A stretch of 64,000 nt of DNA from Eubacteriales bacterium OttesenSCG-928-K08 (GTDB lineage Bacteria > Bacillota > Clostridia > Christensenellales > CAG-138): assembly GCA_030266105.1 (NCBI GenBank), contig JAJDHH010000002.1, positions 6,396 through 70,395 on the forward strand. Reading direction: 5' to 3'. Both the position numbers and the translations under genes were made by a program. The notes beneath the pieces are model-generated. The model made no database searches. It was not told the DNA's origin and saw nothing but the letters and a program-made list of their open reading frames with translations. This document shows positions 10,012 to 18,636 of this stretch, piece after piece. Each line of letters begins with the position of its first letter. Position 1 is the first letter of the stretch.

Positions 10012-11370
10012 TTAAAAAACTCTTCTTGCGACTACAAAGTTGCGCACATAATAAGGCGTTGTGCAATCGCTTATCACAACCTTGCCGGCGCTTGAGGAGG
10101 CGTGGATAAACTGGCCGCCGCCCAAATATATGCCGGTGTGGTTTACATAGTCCTTTGTGTCGGATTTTAAGAATATCAGGTCACCAGCCCTGCATTCATT
10201 CAGGCTGTAAATTGGGCGCCAGCTTTCAACCTGGCTAAAGCTGATTGCCGTGTAGCGACCCACGCTTACGCCGGACTGGCGCAAGGCGTAATACACCAAA
10301 CCGGAGCAATCGTAATAATCAGGCCCTTCCTCGCCCCAAACATAGGCCTTGCCAAGCTGTGCTTTTGCGGCGGCAATCATCGCGCTAACACCCGTGCCGT
10401 AGCTGCCCGTATCACCACCGGAGGATGATGGGGGCCTTGGCGTGGAGACAGGTTTGGGGTCGGGCTCCGGCGTGCTGTTGCCAATCAGATCGTCAAGCGT
10501 ACCCCAGCCGTTGGGAACGGTTGTTTTTGCCGGTTTAGGCGTTGGGTTTTCCTCAGGAATGATGTATTGCTCAGGAGTAGGGGTTGCCTTGGGTATGGAT
10601 GACGCTTTGGGAGTCGAGCTCGCCTTTGGAGTCGAGCTTGCCTTTGGCGTTGGTGTTGGTTTGGGTGTTGGCGTTGGGTCAATCGCGGGCAGCACCTCGG
10701 GTGAATAGATAAGGTAATGTTGTTCACGATCCACCACGCCGGTAATTTCTAGGCCGTTCTTTAGCTGGAACGCCTGCACGGCGCGTTCGGTAGCCGCGCC
10801 AAAAAAGCCATTGTCCTTTTCATCGTAGTAGCCCAGTTCCTTTAGGCGGCGCTGCAGGTTTTTAACATCGGAGCCGCTATCCTCCAGCTTTATGTGGTAG
10901 GAAACGGGGTTTTCGCTATATAAAAGCTCAAGCGTGGCGCTATCGGCTATGCCGGTCTGCTCAATGCCCTGCGCACGCTGGAAAAGGGAGACGGCGCTTG
11001 CGGTCGTTTCGCTATAATAAGTGGAGGATTCATCGTCCTCCAAAAAGAATAATTCCATGAGGCGGGTGTGCAGCTTTGCAACATCCTCATTGTCGTTTTC
11101 CAGCATGAGCGTTTGGTATAAAGGCTCGTCCGGCTGTTGCGGGATAACCACCGGCGTGGGGCTTGGCGTTGCTGTGAATGTGGGCGTTGGTAAGGGTGCG
11201 GCAAATGCCTCCTCAGTTGGGGGAGGCGAAAAAAGATAACCATTATAAAGCAGCGGCAATAAAACGAAGCCGACCGCTGCCAGCCCGATAATCAGCACAG
11301 CACCCATGCGCGAGCGCTTGGGCAAGCTTTTTATACCGGCAACAATCCATTTTGCAACCCGCTTGGGCAT
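10012..11370 (-). CDS. cell-wall hydrolase: TM anchor, two peptidoglycan-binding repeats, Pro/Thr-rich linkers, C-terminal NlpC/P60 peptidase
   Basis: NlpC/P60 motifs are YVWGEEGPDYYDCSGLVYY and NHTGIYLGGGQFIHAS. PG_binding_1-like segments are present (LQRRLKELGYYDEKDNGFFGAATERAVQAFQLKNGLEITGV). AAAGGAG SD 7 nt upstream. Confidence 0.85.
   Translation of the reverse strand: MPKRVAKWIVAGIKSLPKRSRMGAVLIIGLAAVGFVLLPLLYNGYLFSPPPTEEAFAAPLPTPTFTATPSPTPVVIPQQPDEPLYQTLMLENDNEDVAKLHTRLMELFFLEDDESSTYYSETTASAVSLFQRAQGIEQTGIADSATLELLYSENPVSYHIKLEDSGSDVKNLQRRLKELGYYDEKDNGFFGAATERAVQAFQLKNGLEITGVVDREQHYLIYSPEVLPAIDPTPTPKPTPTPKASSTPKASSTPKASSIPKATPTPEQYIIPEENPTPKPAKTTVPNGWGTLDDLIGNSTPEPDPKPVSTPRPPSSSGGDTGSYGTGVSAMIAAAKAQLGKAYVWGEEGPDYYDCSGLVYYALRQSGVSVGRYTAISFSQVESWRPIYSLNECRAGDLIFLKSDTKDYVNHTGIYLGGGQFIHASSSAGKVVISDCTTPYYVRNFVVARRVF
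10604..10657 (-). repeat. 3 x 18-bp imperfect tandem repeat inside the NlpC/P60 linker (encodes KASSTP repeats)
   Basis: Units are GCTTTGGGAGTCGAGCTC, GCCTTTGGAGTCGAGCTT and GCCTTTGGCGTTGGTGTT. Protein reads PKASSTPKASSTPKASSIPKATPTP. Confidence 0.8.
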
Positions 11371-11583
11371 AGCTGGACTCCTTTCCGAAGATAAGCATTA
11401 ACATATATATAAACCAAAAATGACACAAAGCAACAAGGTAATACAATTATCTTGTATTTGGCGCTCAAAATCAATATTGGCGGGAAATATTCGTCCTTTG
11501 TTAACATATTGGCACGCAATTGGCGGGCGCTTGCGGCAAATGAGGCGAAAGCGCCGAAAAACCCCTTTAGCGCCTGCCCTTTG

Positions 11584-11613
11584 TTGCGTGCGCCCGGGAG
11601 AATATGGTATGAT
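11584..11613 (+). promoter_or_regulatory. candidate proximal promoter of the ABC-F gene
   Basis: TTGCGT, 18-nt spacer, TATGAT, with TGG just 5' of the -10 (extended -10). It lies 35 nt upstream of the ATG at 11649. Confidence 0.45.
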
Positions 11614-11648
11614 ACATCGAATATAAAAGTTAGGAAACGCAGGGAAGC

Positions 11649-13568
11649 ATGGCGCTGTTGTCGGTTCGGAATTTGGGAAAGAGCTTTGGTAGCCGCACCC
11701 TCTTTTCCGAGATTTCCTTTGAGGTTGCGGCTAAGGATCATATTGGGCTTATCGGAGCAAACGGCGCGGGGAAAACCACGCTGTTTCAAATGTTGCTGGG
11801 AAATGTGCAGCCGGATTTAGGCGAAGTCATCCGCACGAAGCTTTTGCGCGTGGGCAGCCTTGAGCAAACCCCGGCTTTGCTGCCGGGGCAAACGCTTTAT
11901 TCTTTAGTGATGCAGGTGTTTGAGCCGCTGATGCAGCTTGAGCTTGAGCTTGAAAAAGTAAACAGGCAGCTTAACCAGGAAAAAGAGCAAACGCGCATCA
12001 ATGAGCTGGTTAAGCGGCAATATGCCTTGCAGGAGCAATATGAAGCGCAGGGTGGCCTGCAATATCAAAGCCGGGCGCGTTCAGCCCTGCTGGGGCTTGG
12101 GTTTTTGGAGGATGAGCTTGAAAAGCCCGCAAGCGTGCTAAGCGGCGGGCAGCTAGGCAAGGCGATGCTTGCGCGCGTGCTTTTGAGCGGAGCGGATTTG
12201 CTGCTGCTAGATGAGCCGACAAACCACCTTGATGTGTGGTCAATGGAGTGGCTGGAAAACTATTTGCGAAGCTATGCGGGCGCATACATCGTGATTTCGC
12301 ACGACAGATATTTTCTCGATAGGGTAACAAACAGAACGCTTGAAATCAGCAACACCAAAATGTTTGCCTCGAAGGGGAATTACACAAGGCATTTGGAATT
12401 GCGCGCTTCCGAGCAGGAAACCTTACGCCGCCAATACTACAACACGCGCAAGGAAATTCGAAGAATCGAAGGCATTGTGGAGCAGCAGCGCCGGTGGAAC
12501 AGGGAGCGCAACATCAAAACGGCGGAATCAAAGCTAAAGCAGATCGCCCGCCTTGAGTCCACGCTTGTTGCGCCCGAAAAGGAAGTCGAAAGCGTGCGCT
12601 TTTCGTTTGACGTGAGGCAGGTGCCGGGAAACGATGTGCTTATTGTGGAGGATGTTCAAAAGTCGTTTGGGGAAAACCGGCTTTTTGAGAATGTATCGCT
12701 GCACATTCGCGCGGGGGAGAGGGTTTGCCTTCTGGGGCCAAACGGCTGCGGAAAAACAACCTTGCTGCATATTTTAATGGGTAAGCTTGCGCCCGATAGC
12801 GGCCTCCATTATTTTGGCGCGAACGTGGAGCCGGGCTATTATGAACAGAACATGCGATCCATGCAGCCTGAAAGAACTGTGCTTGAGGAGGTCTGGAGCG
12901 CATACCCTCGAAGAACACAAACTGAAATGAGAAATGCGCTTGCAGCGTTTTTGTTTCGTGCAGAGCAGGTTGAAAAGAAAATCGAAATGCTTTCCGGCGG
13001 CGAAAAAGCGCGTGTGCAGCTTTTGAAGCTAATGCTGTCAGGTTCAAACCTGCTGCTGCTTGATGAACCAACAAACCATCTTGACATTGCCTCGCGTGAA
13101 ACGCTCGAAAGTGCGCTCGAGGATTATGGCGGCGCGATGCTTATCGTCACGCACGATCGTTACCTTGTTAACCGTATTGCGGATCGCGTGCTGTATCTCG
13201 ACAAAACCGGGCTCACGGAAACAATCGGCGGGTACGATGCTTTTTTAGAGGCCATGCAGCAAATGCAGTCAACACCGCAGGAGACCGCTAAGAAGCCCAA
13301 GAACGAATACCACCTGAAAAAAGAGCGTCAGAGCGCCTATGTAAAAACAAAGGGCGAGTCGCGGCGCCTTGAGCGGGAGATCGAGCAGCTGGAAAGTGAA
13401 AAGCTTGAGCTTGAGCTGACGCTTGCAAAGCCGGAGGTTTCCTGTGATTATCAAAAGGTAGCGGAGCTGTCGAAGAATATTGAAGAGCTGACAAAAGAGC
13501 TGGATGATACCTATAAAGCGTGGGAGCAGGCGCTGCTGCTGGCTGAAGAGTTGGGAGAGGAAACATAA
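11649..13568 (+). CDS. ABC-F family ATPase (translation-factor type, no TM domain)
   Basis: Two cassettes: Walker A GANGAGKTT and GPNGCGKTT; signatures LSGGQ and LSGGEKAR; Walker B LLLLDEPTNHLD twice. The C-terminus is a charged coiled-coil tail. Confidence 0.9.
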   Translation: MALLSVRNLGKSFGSRTLFSEISFEVAAKDHIGLIGANGAGKTTLFQMLLGNVQPDLGEVIRTKLLRVGSLEQTPALLPGQTLYSLVMQVFEPLMQLELELEKVNRQLNQEKEQTRINELVKRQYALQEQYEAQGGLQYQSRARSALLGLGFLEDELEKPASVLSGGQLGKAMLARVLLSGADLLLLDEPTNHLDVWSMEWLENYLRSYAGAYIVISHDRYFLDRVTNRTLEISNTKMFASKGNYTRHLELRASEQETLRRQYYNTRKEIRRIEGIVEQQRRWNRERNIKTAESKLKQIARLESTLVAPEKEVESVRFSFDVRQVPGNDVLIVEDVQKSFGENRLFENVSLHIRAGERVCLLGPNGCGKTTLLHILMGKLAPDSGLHYFGANVEPGYYEQNMRSMQPERTVLEEVWSAYPRRTQTEMRNALAAFLFRAEQVEKKIEMLSGGEKARVQLLKLMLSGSNLLLLDEPTNHLDIASRETLESALEDYGGAMLIVTHDRYLVNRIADRVLYLDKTGLTETIGGYDAFLEAMQQMQSTPQETAKKPKNEYHLKKERQSAYVKTKGESRRLEREIEQLESEKLELELTLAKPEVSCDYQKVAELSKNIEELTKELDDTYKAWEQALLLAEELGEET

Positions 13569-15094
13569 TGGAAGTTTTGCATTTTGCCTTTGGCGTGTGC
13601 TTCGATGTGCCGGATATAAAGGGCGACATTACTCCGCAGCAGTTCTGGGAAGAGATTTTCTCCGTGCTGACCGTGAGCGATGTTAAGGGCCTGCATGTGC
13701 TTGGGGGAATGGTCAGCGCCGCCACATATGCCTCGCAGGATCCCTGCTATATTTGCGCTTTTACAAACGGCAGCCTCAAGCAGATGCGCCGCATATATAA
13801 AAAACTTTCAGCCGATGCAGGTGTGGGCATGTATTTAACAACAACCCGCCCATACCTTGAATCCAACGCGCTGGAAAAAATCGATGGTCTGACCTTTTTT
13901 GGGAAGGTTGAGCGCGATGGAACGCTTTGCGGGGCGCAGGAGGAGCTTTACGGCCTGCGCTTTTCCAAGCGGCGCGGCAAGCGCAGCCACGCGGGCAAGG
14001 GCATCGTTTTTCTGCTTGCGCCCGACTCGGTTGGGGAGTTAATCACAAGCAAGCAGGTTATCCGCAGGCTGACGATTGCAGCGCGCAGGCATTTTTCAGG
14101 CGTAAAGATACAGCCGTTCCCCATAGCCTACGGTGAGGCGGGCACGGTTGATGCGCTTTTGACCGCGGGCTGCGGCACTGAGCGCACAATTCAGGTTAAA
14201 GGGCCCGGAGCAGAAAAAATCGACGCACATTATGCCGTGCTTTATGGCAGCACCGCCGTTGTTGAAATGCCAAAGGAATTTGAGCAGGCAACAGCCCCAT
14301 GCTCCAGCTTTGGGATAGGCGAAATTATTCGCCGCGCGCTGGATGAAGGTTTAAACGAAATAATAATCAGCGATTCAAAAAGTCAGATTGGCGACTATGG
14401 GCTGGGCTGCCTTCGTGCGCTGGGCATCAAACTGCTTGATGAGCAAGGGCAGGAGCTGTCAGGCGGCCGTGAGGATATCGATAGGCTAAGCAGCATCGAC
14501 CTTGAGCTTGTGCACTCGCGCCTGCAGGAGGTTAAGTTTACGCTGATGACAAACGATTTGAATGTGCTTAACCGCAAAAACATAATTTCGCATGCGCTGG
14601 AACTTACGCAGGCTGAAAACAAAAGCAGATCAAAAAATCTCGATTTGTTTTGCGAGCTTGTGCCTGCGCTGTTAAAAACAGTGGGCGATATGCCAGGCTT
14701 GCACACATTGCTTGTGCCTGCTTTAAGGGCCGATTGCCGCCCGAGCGTGGATGCGCTGCTCGATGCAGTGCACTTTGAGAGTTACCTCAAGCGTGCCTCT
14801 CTAGTCATTACGGGTGAGGCGCAAAAGGGAATTTTGACGGATGGCCATCAGGGCCCGGCAATAAAAACTATTGTTGAACGCTGCAAAAACACAAAAACGC
14901 CCTGCATACAGTTTTTTGGCGTTGATGTTGAGCAGGGGCAGGATGAAAAGGTTAAGCGAGAGGCTTACAGCATGCTCACAACACTATACATTGCGGCCAC
15001 AAAAGAAGGAAACCGCGAAAAGGCAATTGCGTTAATCGATAACTTTGCGGACAGGCTTTTCAGGATAATCCGCATAGGCAGGGAGCTAAGCTGA
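13568..15094 (+). CDS. glycerate-kinase-family-like protein with degenerate motifs and an uncharacterised ~165-aa N-terminal extension
   Basis: Residues ~165-508 follow the glycerate kinase (GlxK/GarK) fold order: IVFLLAPDS..., PIAYGEAGTVDALL, AVVEMP, GIGEIIRRALDEGLNEIII, LVITGEA. The usual DGGEGT, GGSATNDGG and GEGxxDxQ motifs are altered. The start overlaps the ABC-F stop (TAATG). Confidence 0.65.
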   Translation: MEVLHFAFGVCFDVPDIKGDITPQQFWEEIFSVLTVSDVKGLHVLGGMVSAATYASQDPCYICAFTNGSLKQMRRIYKKLSADAGVGMYLTTTRPYLESNALEKIDGLTFFGKVERDGTLCGAQEELYGLRFSKRRGKRSHAGKGIVFLLAPDSVGELITSKQVIRRLTIAARRHFSGVKIQPFPIAYGEAGTVDALLTAGCGTERTIQVKGPGAEKIDAHYAVLYGSTAVVEMPKEFEQATAPCSSFGIGEIIRRALDEGLNEIIISDSKSQIGDYGLGCLRALGIKLLDEQGQELSGGREDIDRLSSIDLELVHSRLQEVKFTLMTNDLNVLNRKNIISHALELTQAENKSRSKNLDLFCELVPALLKTVGDMPGLHTLLVPALRADCRPSVDALLDAVHFESYLKRASLVITGEAQKGILTDGHQGPAIKTIVERCKNTKTPCIQFFGVDVEQGQDEKVKREAYSMLTTLYIAATKEGNREKAIALIDNFADRLFRIIRIGRELS

Positions 15095-15556
15095 ATGGAG
15101 CAGAAAAAGCAGCACAGCGTAGCGCGCGAAGCGCTCGACACATACATAAAGCTTAACCAGGCGTATAATTTCTGCGTGCAGCGCACGTTGAGTAAATATG
15201 GCCTTTATGAGGGGCAGCCCGCGCTGCTTTTTGAAATTCAGGCGAGGAGCACACCCACACAAAATGAGCTTGCGCTGGCGCTTGGGGTTTCAAAGGCATC
15301 GGCGGGTGTATCGATCAGGAGGATGGAGAAGGCGGGCTTTCTTAAACGGACGAGGGATGTGGGGGATAGCCGCTGCATTCGGGTTTCGCTCACAAAAAAA
15401 GGTGAAGAGTTTGCCAGATGGTGCGAAATCGACATGGAGATGATTGCAAACACATTGCTTGAGGATTTTGAGGCGGAGGAACGCATTGAGGCGCTTAACG
15501 CGCTTGAGCGGATGTATAAGGGTATGGATGAAATGCGAGAACGAATTAAAGCATAG
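15095..15556 (+). CDS. MarR family transcriptional regulator
   Basis: 153 aa with a winged-HTH core PTQNELALALGVSKASAGVSIRRMEKAGFLKRTRD. The ATG directly follows the upstream TGA. Confidence 0.85.
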   Translation: MEQKKQHSVAREALDTYIKLNQAYNFCVQRTLSKYGLYEGQPALLFEIQARSTPTQNELALALGVSKASAGVSIRRMEKAGFLKRTRDVGDSRCIRVSLTKKGEEFARWCEIDMEMIANTLLEDFEAEERIEALNALERMYKGMDEMRERIKA

Positions 15557-15564
15557 ATGCTTCA

Positions 15565-15835
15565 AAAAACTATTCCTGGGGATTATCAAGGGGTCGCAAC
15601 CCCCTTGATTTTTAATATGCGGGCAAGAGTCGGAGCCAAGCGCTGCCTGTGGCAGATGAAGCGCGGCGAAAGACCAGTGAACAAGCATGTTTTGCAAAAA
15701 CTTGCATTGCGAACTGCGAAGCGTGTACGCCCGCCAGCCCACACCTTGGGCATTTTTATGCCCGCAGCGTAGCTGCAATAAAAATGTGGTTATCTCAAAA
15801 AAGTGATGTGCGGCGTAGCCGCAGCACTTTTTTGA
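15565..15835 (+). repeat. structured intergenic repeat element, copy A (carries a ~93-nt internal insertion)
   Basis: Shares AAAAACTATTC-TGGGGATTATCAAGGGG...CCCCTTGATTTTTAATATG and ...GCGTGTACGCCCGCCAGCCCACACCTTGGGCATTTTTATG-CCGCAGCGTAGCTGCAATAAAAATGTGGTTA-CTCAAAAAAGTGATGTGCGGC-TAGCCGCAGCACTTTTTTGA almost base for base with copy B. The strand given is the orientation of the consensus; the transcribed strand is unknown. Confidence 0.85.
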
Positions 15836-15841
15836 CAGTCT

Positions 15842-15869
15842 AAGCATTCCCATGTGGGAATGCTTTTTT
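15842..15869 (+). terminator. intrinsic terminator (probable original marR terminator)
   Basis: AAGCATTCCC / GGGAATGCTT stem, ATGT loop, then TTTTT. Confidence 0.7.
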
Positions 15870-15907
15870 GTTATCTGCAAATACTGTAATAAACAGGAGG
15901 GATTGTT

Positions 15908-17494
15908 TTGGGTAAGCTTGCTGATTTATTACGTTTTGACCACAATGAGGAGGAATTTGAGCTGCTGGAAACAGAGCAGGGTGAGCCCGGCTTTTTTGGC
16001 GGTTATCCTGAGGAGAAAAAAGCAAAAGCAGCCAAGCCGCCGCCCCCGGCTTCAAGCTCGCTCAAAATAAACGAAAGCAGACTAAAAGCCGACTTTTATG
16101 CGGAAATCAACACGGATGTTCTTTTTCGCCGCTTTTTGCTGGGCGGAAGAATTGAGGCGCTTGTTGTGTGCATAAACGGCATGGCAAGCGGCCAGCAGAT
16201 AAACGACTTTATTTTGAGGCAGGGCATGCGCCCGGGCTGCATGGATGGCGCAAAGGATGAGCTTGCACTATATGCTATCGAGCATGTGTTTGCCCAGCAG
16301 GAGGCAAAGCTTAGCGGCGATTGGGGCGAGATTAAGACAGCCATACTCCAGGGGCAATCAATAGTGATGATTGAAGGCGAAAATCAGGCTGTGATTATGG
16401 ATACGCGCGGTTTTGAGCACCGTGGTGTTGGAACAGCCGAAAACGAAAAGGTTGTGCGTGGCCCGCAGGAGAGCTTTAACGAAAGCATACGCACAAATGT
16501 AACATTGTTAAGGCGCATAATCCAAACTGAGGATTTTGTGTGCGAGTTTCAAAAGGCGGGCGCAAAAAACAACATTTCGCTCGTGGTTGCCTACCGCGCG
16601 GGGATAGTTAACCAATCGCTGCTGGATGAAGTGAAAAAACGGCTTTCCAAGGTGGATACCCGCATGATAATCGGCGAGGGAACAATCGAGCAGCTAACGG
16701 AACGCCACAGCATATTTCCATTGCCACAGGTGCTTTGCACAGAGCGGCCGGATCGCACTGCCGCGCACATTATGCAAGGGCATGTTGCGGTGTTAGTGGA
16801 AGGAAGCCCTGCTGCAAATGTAATGCCCGTTACGCTTTTTACGCTCATGAGCACCTCGGAGGATGCTTACATGCGCCGCCCGCTTGGGATGATTTTGCGT
16901 GTGGTGCGCTACCTTGGCGCGATAATAAGCATTTTGCTTCCGGGCTATTTTCTTGCAACCTGCCTGCATCATCCGGGCATGCTCTCAACGGAGGTACTCA
17001 CAACAATCATCGCATCAAGGCAGATGGTGTTTTTGCCATTTGGCGCGGAGGTGCTTTTTTTGCTGTGGGTTTTCCAACTTTTGCGCGAGGCGGGCATTCG
17101 TGTGCCGGGCAGCGCGGGGCAGGCAATCGGCATTATTGGCGGGCTGATACTTGGGCAGGCGGCAGTTTCAGCCAACATGGTCAGCACGGTTGTGCTGATA
17201 GTGGTGGCATTATCCGGCTTGGGTACGTTCACTATTCCGGATTATTCAACGCAGATTTCAGCGGGCTATTTCAGGCTTGGGCTGGTTTTTGCGGCGTGGC
17301 TTTCCGGACTTTTAGGCTTTGCGCTGGGGGTGCTTATCATCGGCGGCTGGATCGCCTCGCAAAAATCATATGGGGTGCCTTTCCTTGCGCCGGTTTCACC
17401 AAAAACGTATACGGATAGGCCGGGCATATTACGCGGGCGCGTCACAAGCCACTCACGCGCGACGGATTACACAAACACGCGGGAGGATGTATGA
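15908..17494 (+). CDS. spore germination protein, GerA-family A subunit
   Basis: 528 aa. The soluble N-terminal half has GerA-family blocks (VVCINGMASGQQINDFIL, VIMDTRGFEHRGV, ENEKVVRGPQESFNESIRTNVTLLRRI). The C-terminal part is a membrane domain. TTG start 6 nt after AGGAGGG. Confidence 0.9.
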   Translation: MGKLADLLRFDHNEEEFELLETEQGEPGFFGGYPEEKKAKAAKPPPPASSSLKINESRLKADFYAEINTDVLFRRFLLGGRIEALVVCINGMASGQQINDFILRQGMRPGCMDGAKDELALYAIEHVFAQQEAKLSGDWGEIKTAILQGQSIVMIEGENQAVIMDTRGFEHRGVGTAENEKVVRGPQESFNESIRTNVTLLRRIIQTEDFVCEFQKAGAKNNISLVVAYRAGIVNQSLLDEVKKRLSKVDTRMIIGEGTIEQLTERHSIFPLPQVLCTERPDRTAAHIMQGHVAVLVEGSPAANVMPVTLFTLMSTSEDAYMRRPLGMILRVVRYLGAIISILLPGYFLATCLHHPGMLSTEVLTTIIASRQMVFLPFGAEVLFLLWVFQLLREAGIRVPGSAGQAIGIIGGLILGQAAVSANMVSTVVLIVVALSGLGTFTIPDYSTQISAGYFRLGLVFAAWLSGLLGFALGVLIIGGWIASQKSYGVPFLAPVSPKTYTDRPGILRGRVTSHSRATDYTNTREDV

Positions 17495-18636
17495 ATTTAA
17501 AGCAGGGGCGCATAGGCTATCAGGAAGCGTTAAGCGTGGTGACTATCGCATCCGTGGTGAGCGCTGTTTTTACAACCGATAGCGAAAAGCTCTACGCTAA
17601 GGGTAACTCCGCATGGTTATCTATGCTTATCTCCGCTTTTATAGCGCTTATCGTGTTTGAGCTTGTTGTTTATGCCATGCGTGTTTCGAAAACGCAAAGC
17701 CTTTATGCTTTTTTGTGCTATGGCTTAGGCAAGCAGCTTGCGGCTGCTGTTGCGCTGCTTGTTTCGGGCATGCTTTTGTGCTGCGCAGTGTCGCTGCTTG
17801 CGCGCTTTACGCTTATGGTTGGGCGCTTTGTTTTCCCGCAGGCGGGAGAGAAAACCATTCTGCTTTATTTTATGCTTGCGGTGCTGGTGCTCGTGTACCT
17901 GGGCTGGGAGGGTGTGGCGCGAACCGCCAGGCTTTTTTTGTGGCTGCTTGTTGCCGCATTGGTTGGCGCGCTGGCGCTTGCAAGCTATGGTTATGAGCTT
18001 CATAGGCTTGCGCCCTTTCTTGGCGATGGCTTTTCAAGCATGCTTCAAAATGCCGCAAGCGAGGTTTTGCTCTTTTTGCCCGCGATGGTTGGCATGCTTA
18101 TAGTAACGCGCGGCGTGCACGGCATGAAAACGGCGGGGCGCACAGGCTATATGGCAGGCCTGATCGGCGGGATTATTGCGGCGCTTTGCCAGTTTTGTGT
18201 GGGCATGACATATTCATATCAGGATCTTGCGCAGATGCACTCGCCCATGTTCAGGCTGACGATGGGCTTTAAATCCGCAGGGTATTTTCCGCGTCTTGAT
18301 ACGCTGCTGCTTTTTGGCTGGGTAATGTCCGCTGTGCTTGCGGCCTGCTACTATGTTTACACAGCCTCGCTTATGTACGCAAATGTGTTTGCGCAGGAGG
18401 ATATTCGCCCTAACCTTGCGGCGTTTACCGCGCTTGCGGGCGGGCTGGCGCTTTTGTCGCATTCCGGGGTTGCCTGGCTCAAGGCAGCGCTCGATTTTAT
18501 CGGCAGGCAGGGGTATGCGCTGCTTGCTGCGCCGCTTGTTTTGTGCGCGGCGTTGACGATATTTAGGGCGAAAACCGCAGACAAAAATGATAAAAACAAA
18601 AGCGAACCTTCTAAAGAGGAGGAAAAAGAAGCATGA
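17491..18636 (+). CDS. spore germination protein, GerA-family B subunit (APC-like permease fold)
   Basis: Polytopic membrane protein of 381 aa. ATGA overlap with the A subunit. Its position and size match the B gene of gerA-type operons. Confidence 0.8.
   Translation: MNLKQGRIGYQEALSVVTIASVVSAVFTTDSEKLYAKGNSAWLSMLISAFIALIVFELVVYAMRVSKTQSLYAFLCYGLGKQLAAAVALLVSGMLLCCAVSLLARFTLMVGRFVFPQAGEKTILLYFMLAVLVLVYLGWEGVARTARLFLWLLVAALVGALALASYGYELHRLAPFLGDGFSSMLQNAASEVLLFLPAMVGMLIVTRGVHGMKTAGRTGYMAGLIGGIIAALCQFCVGMTYSYQDLAQMHSPMFRLTMGFKSAGYFPRLDTLLLFGWVMSAVLAACYYVYTASLMYANVFAQEDIRPNLAAFTALAGGLALLSHSGVAWLKAALDFIGRQGYALLAAPLVLCAALTIFRAKTADKNDKNKSEPSKEEEKEA

Noticed and set aside
10560-10700. Short tandem repeats that might suggest a CRISPR-like or VNTR array.
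   Set aside because: There are only three imperfect 18-bp units, in frame inside a coding Pro/Thr/Ser-rich linker. No spacer structure is present, and no cas genes occur anywhere in the window.
11371-11648. c-di-AMP (ydaO-type) riboswitch upstream of the NlpC/P60 hydrolase, a common context for that riboswitch.
   Set aside because: The minus-strand leader lacks the conserved ydaO blocks (GGGGACCCA, GGUGAAUC, ACCCGA...AGCUAACC). The best minus-strand promoter (TTGATT-17-GATAAT) lies downstream of the GC-rich structure, which would then not be in that mRNA.
15557-15843. ORF-track reading frames of 64-72 aa overlapping the repeat elements (15557..15772, 15649..15843, 34833..35048, 57365..57583 minus, 60761..60955 minus). 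They share peptide stretches such as IFNMWARAACT.
   Set aside because: The shared peptide only reflects conserved nucleotides. Start codons and frames differ between copies, and none has an SD. The variable region changes by paired (stem-preserving) substitutions that scramble the peptide. The frames also run through terminator hairpins. The elements are better explained as non-coding structured sequence.
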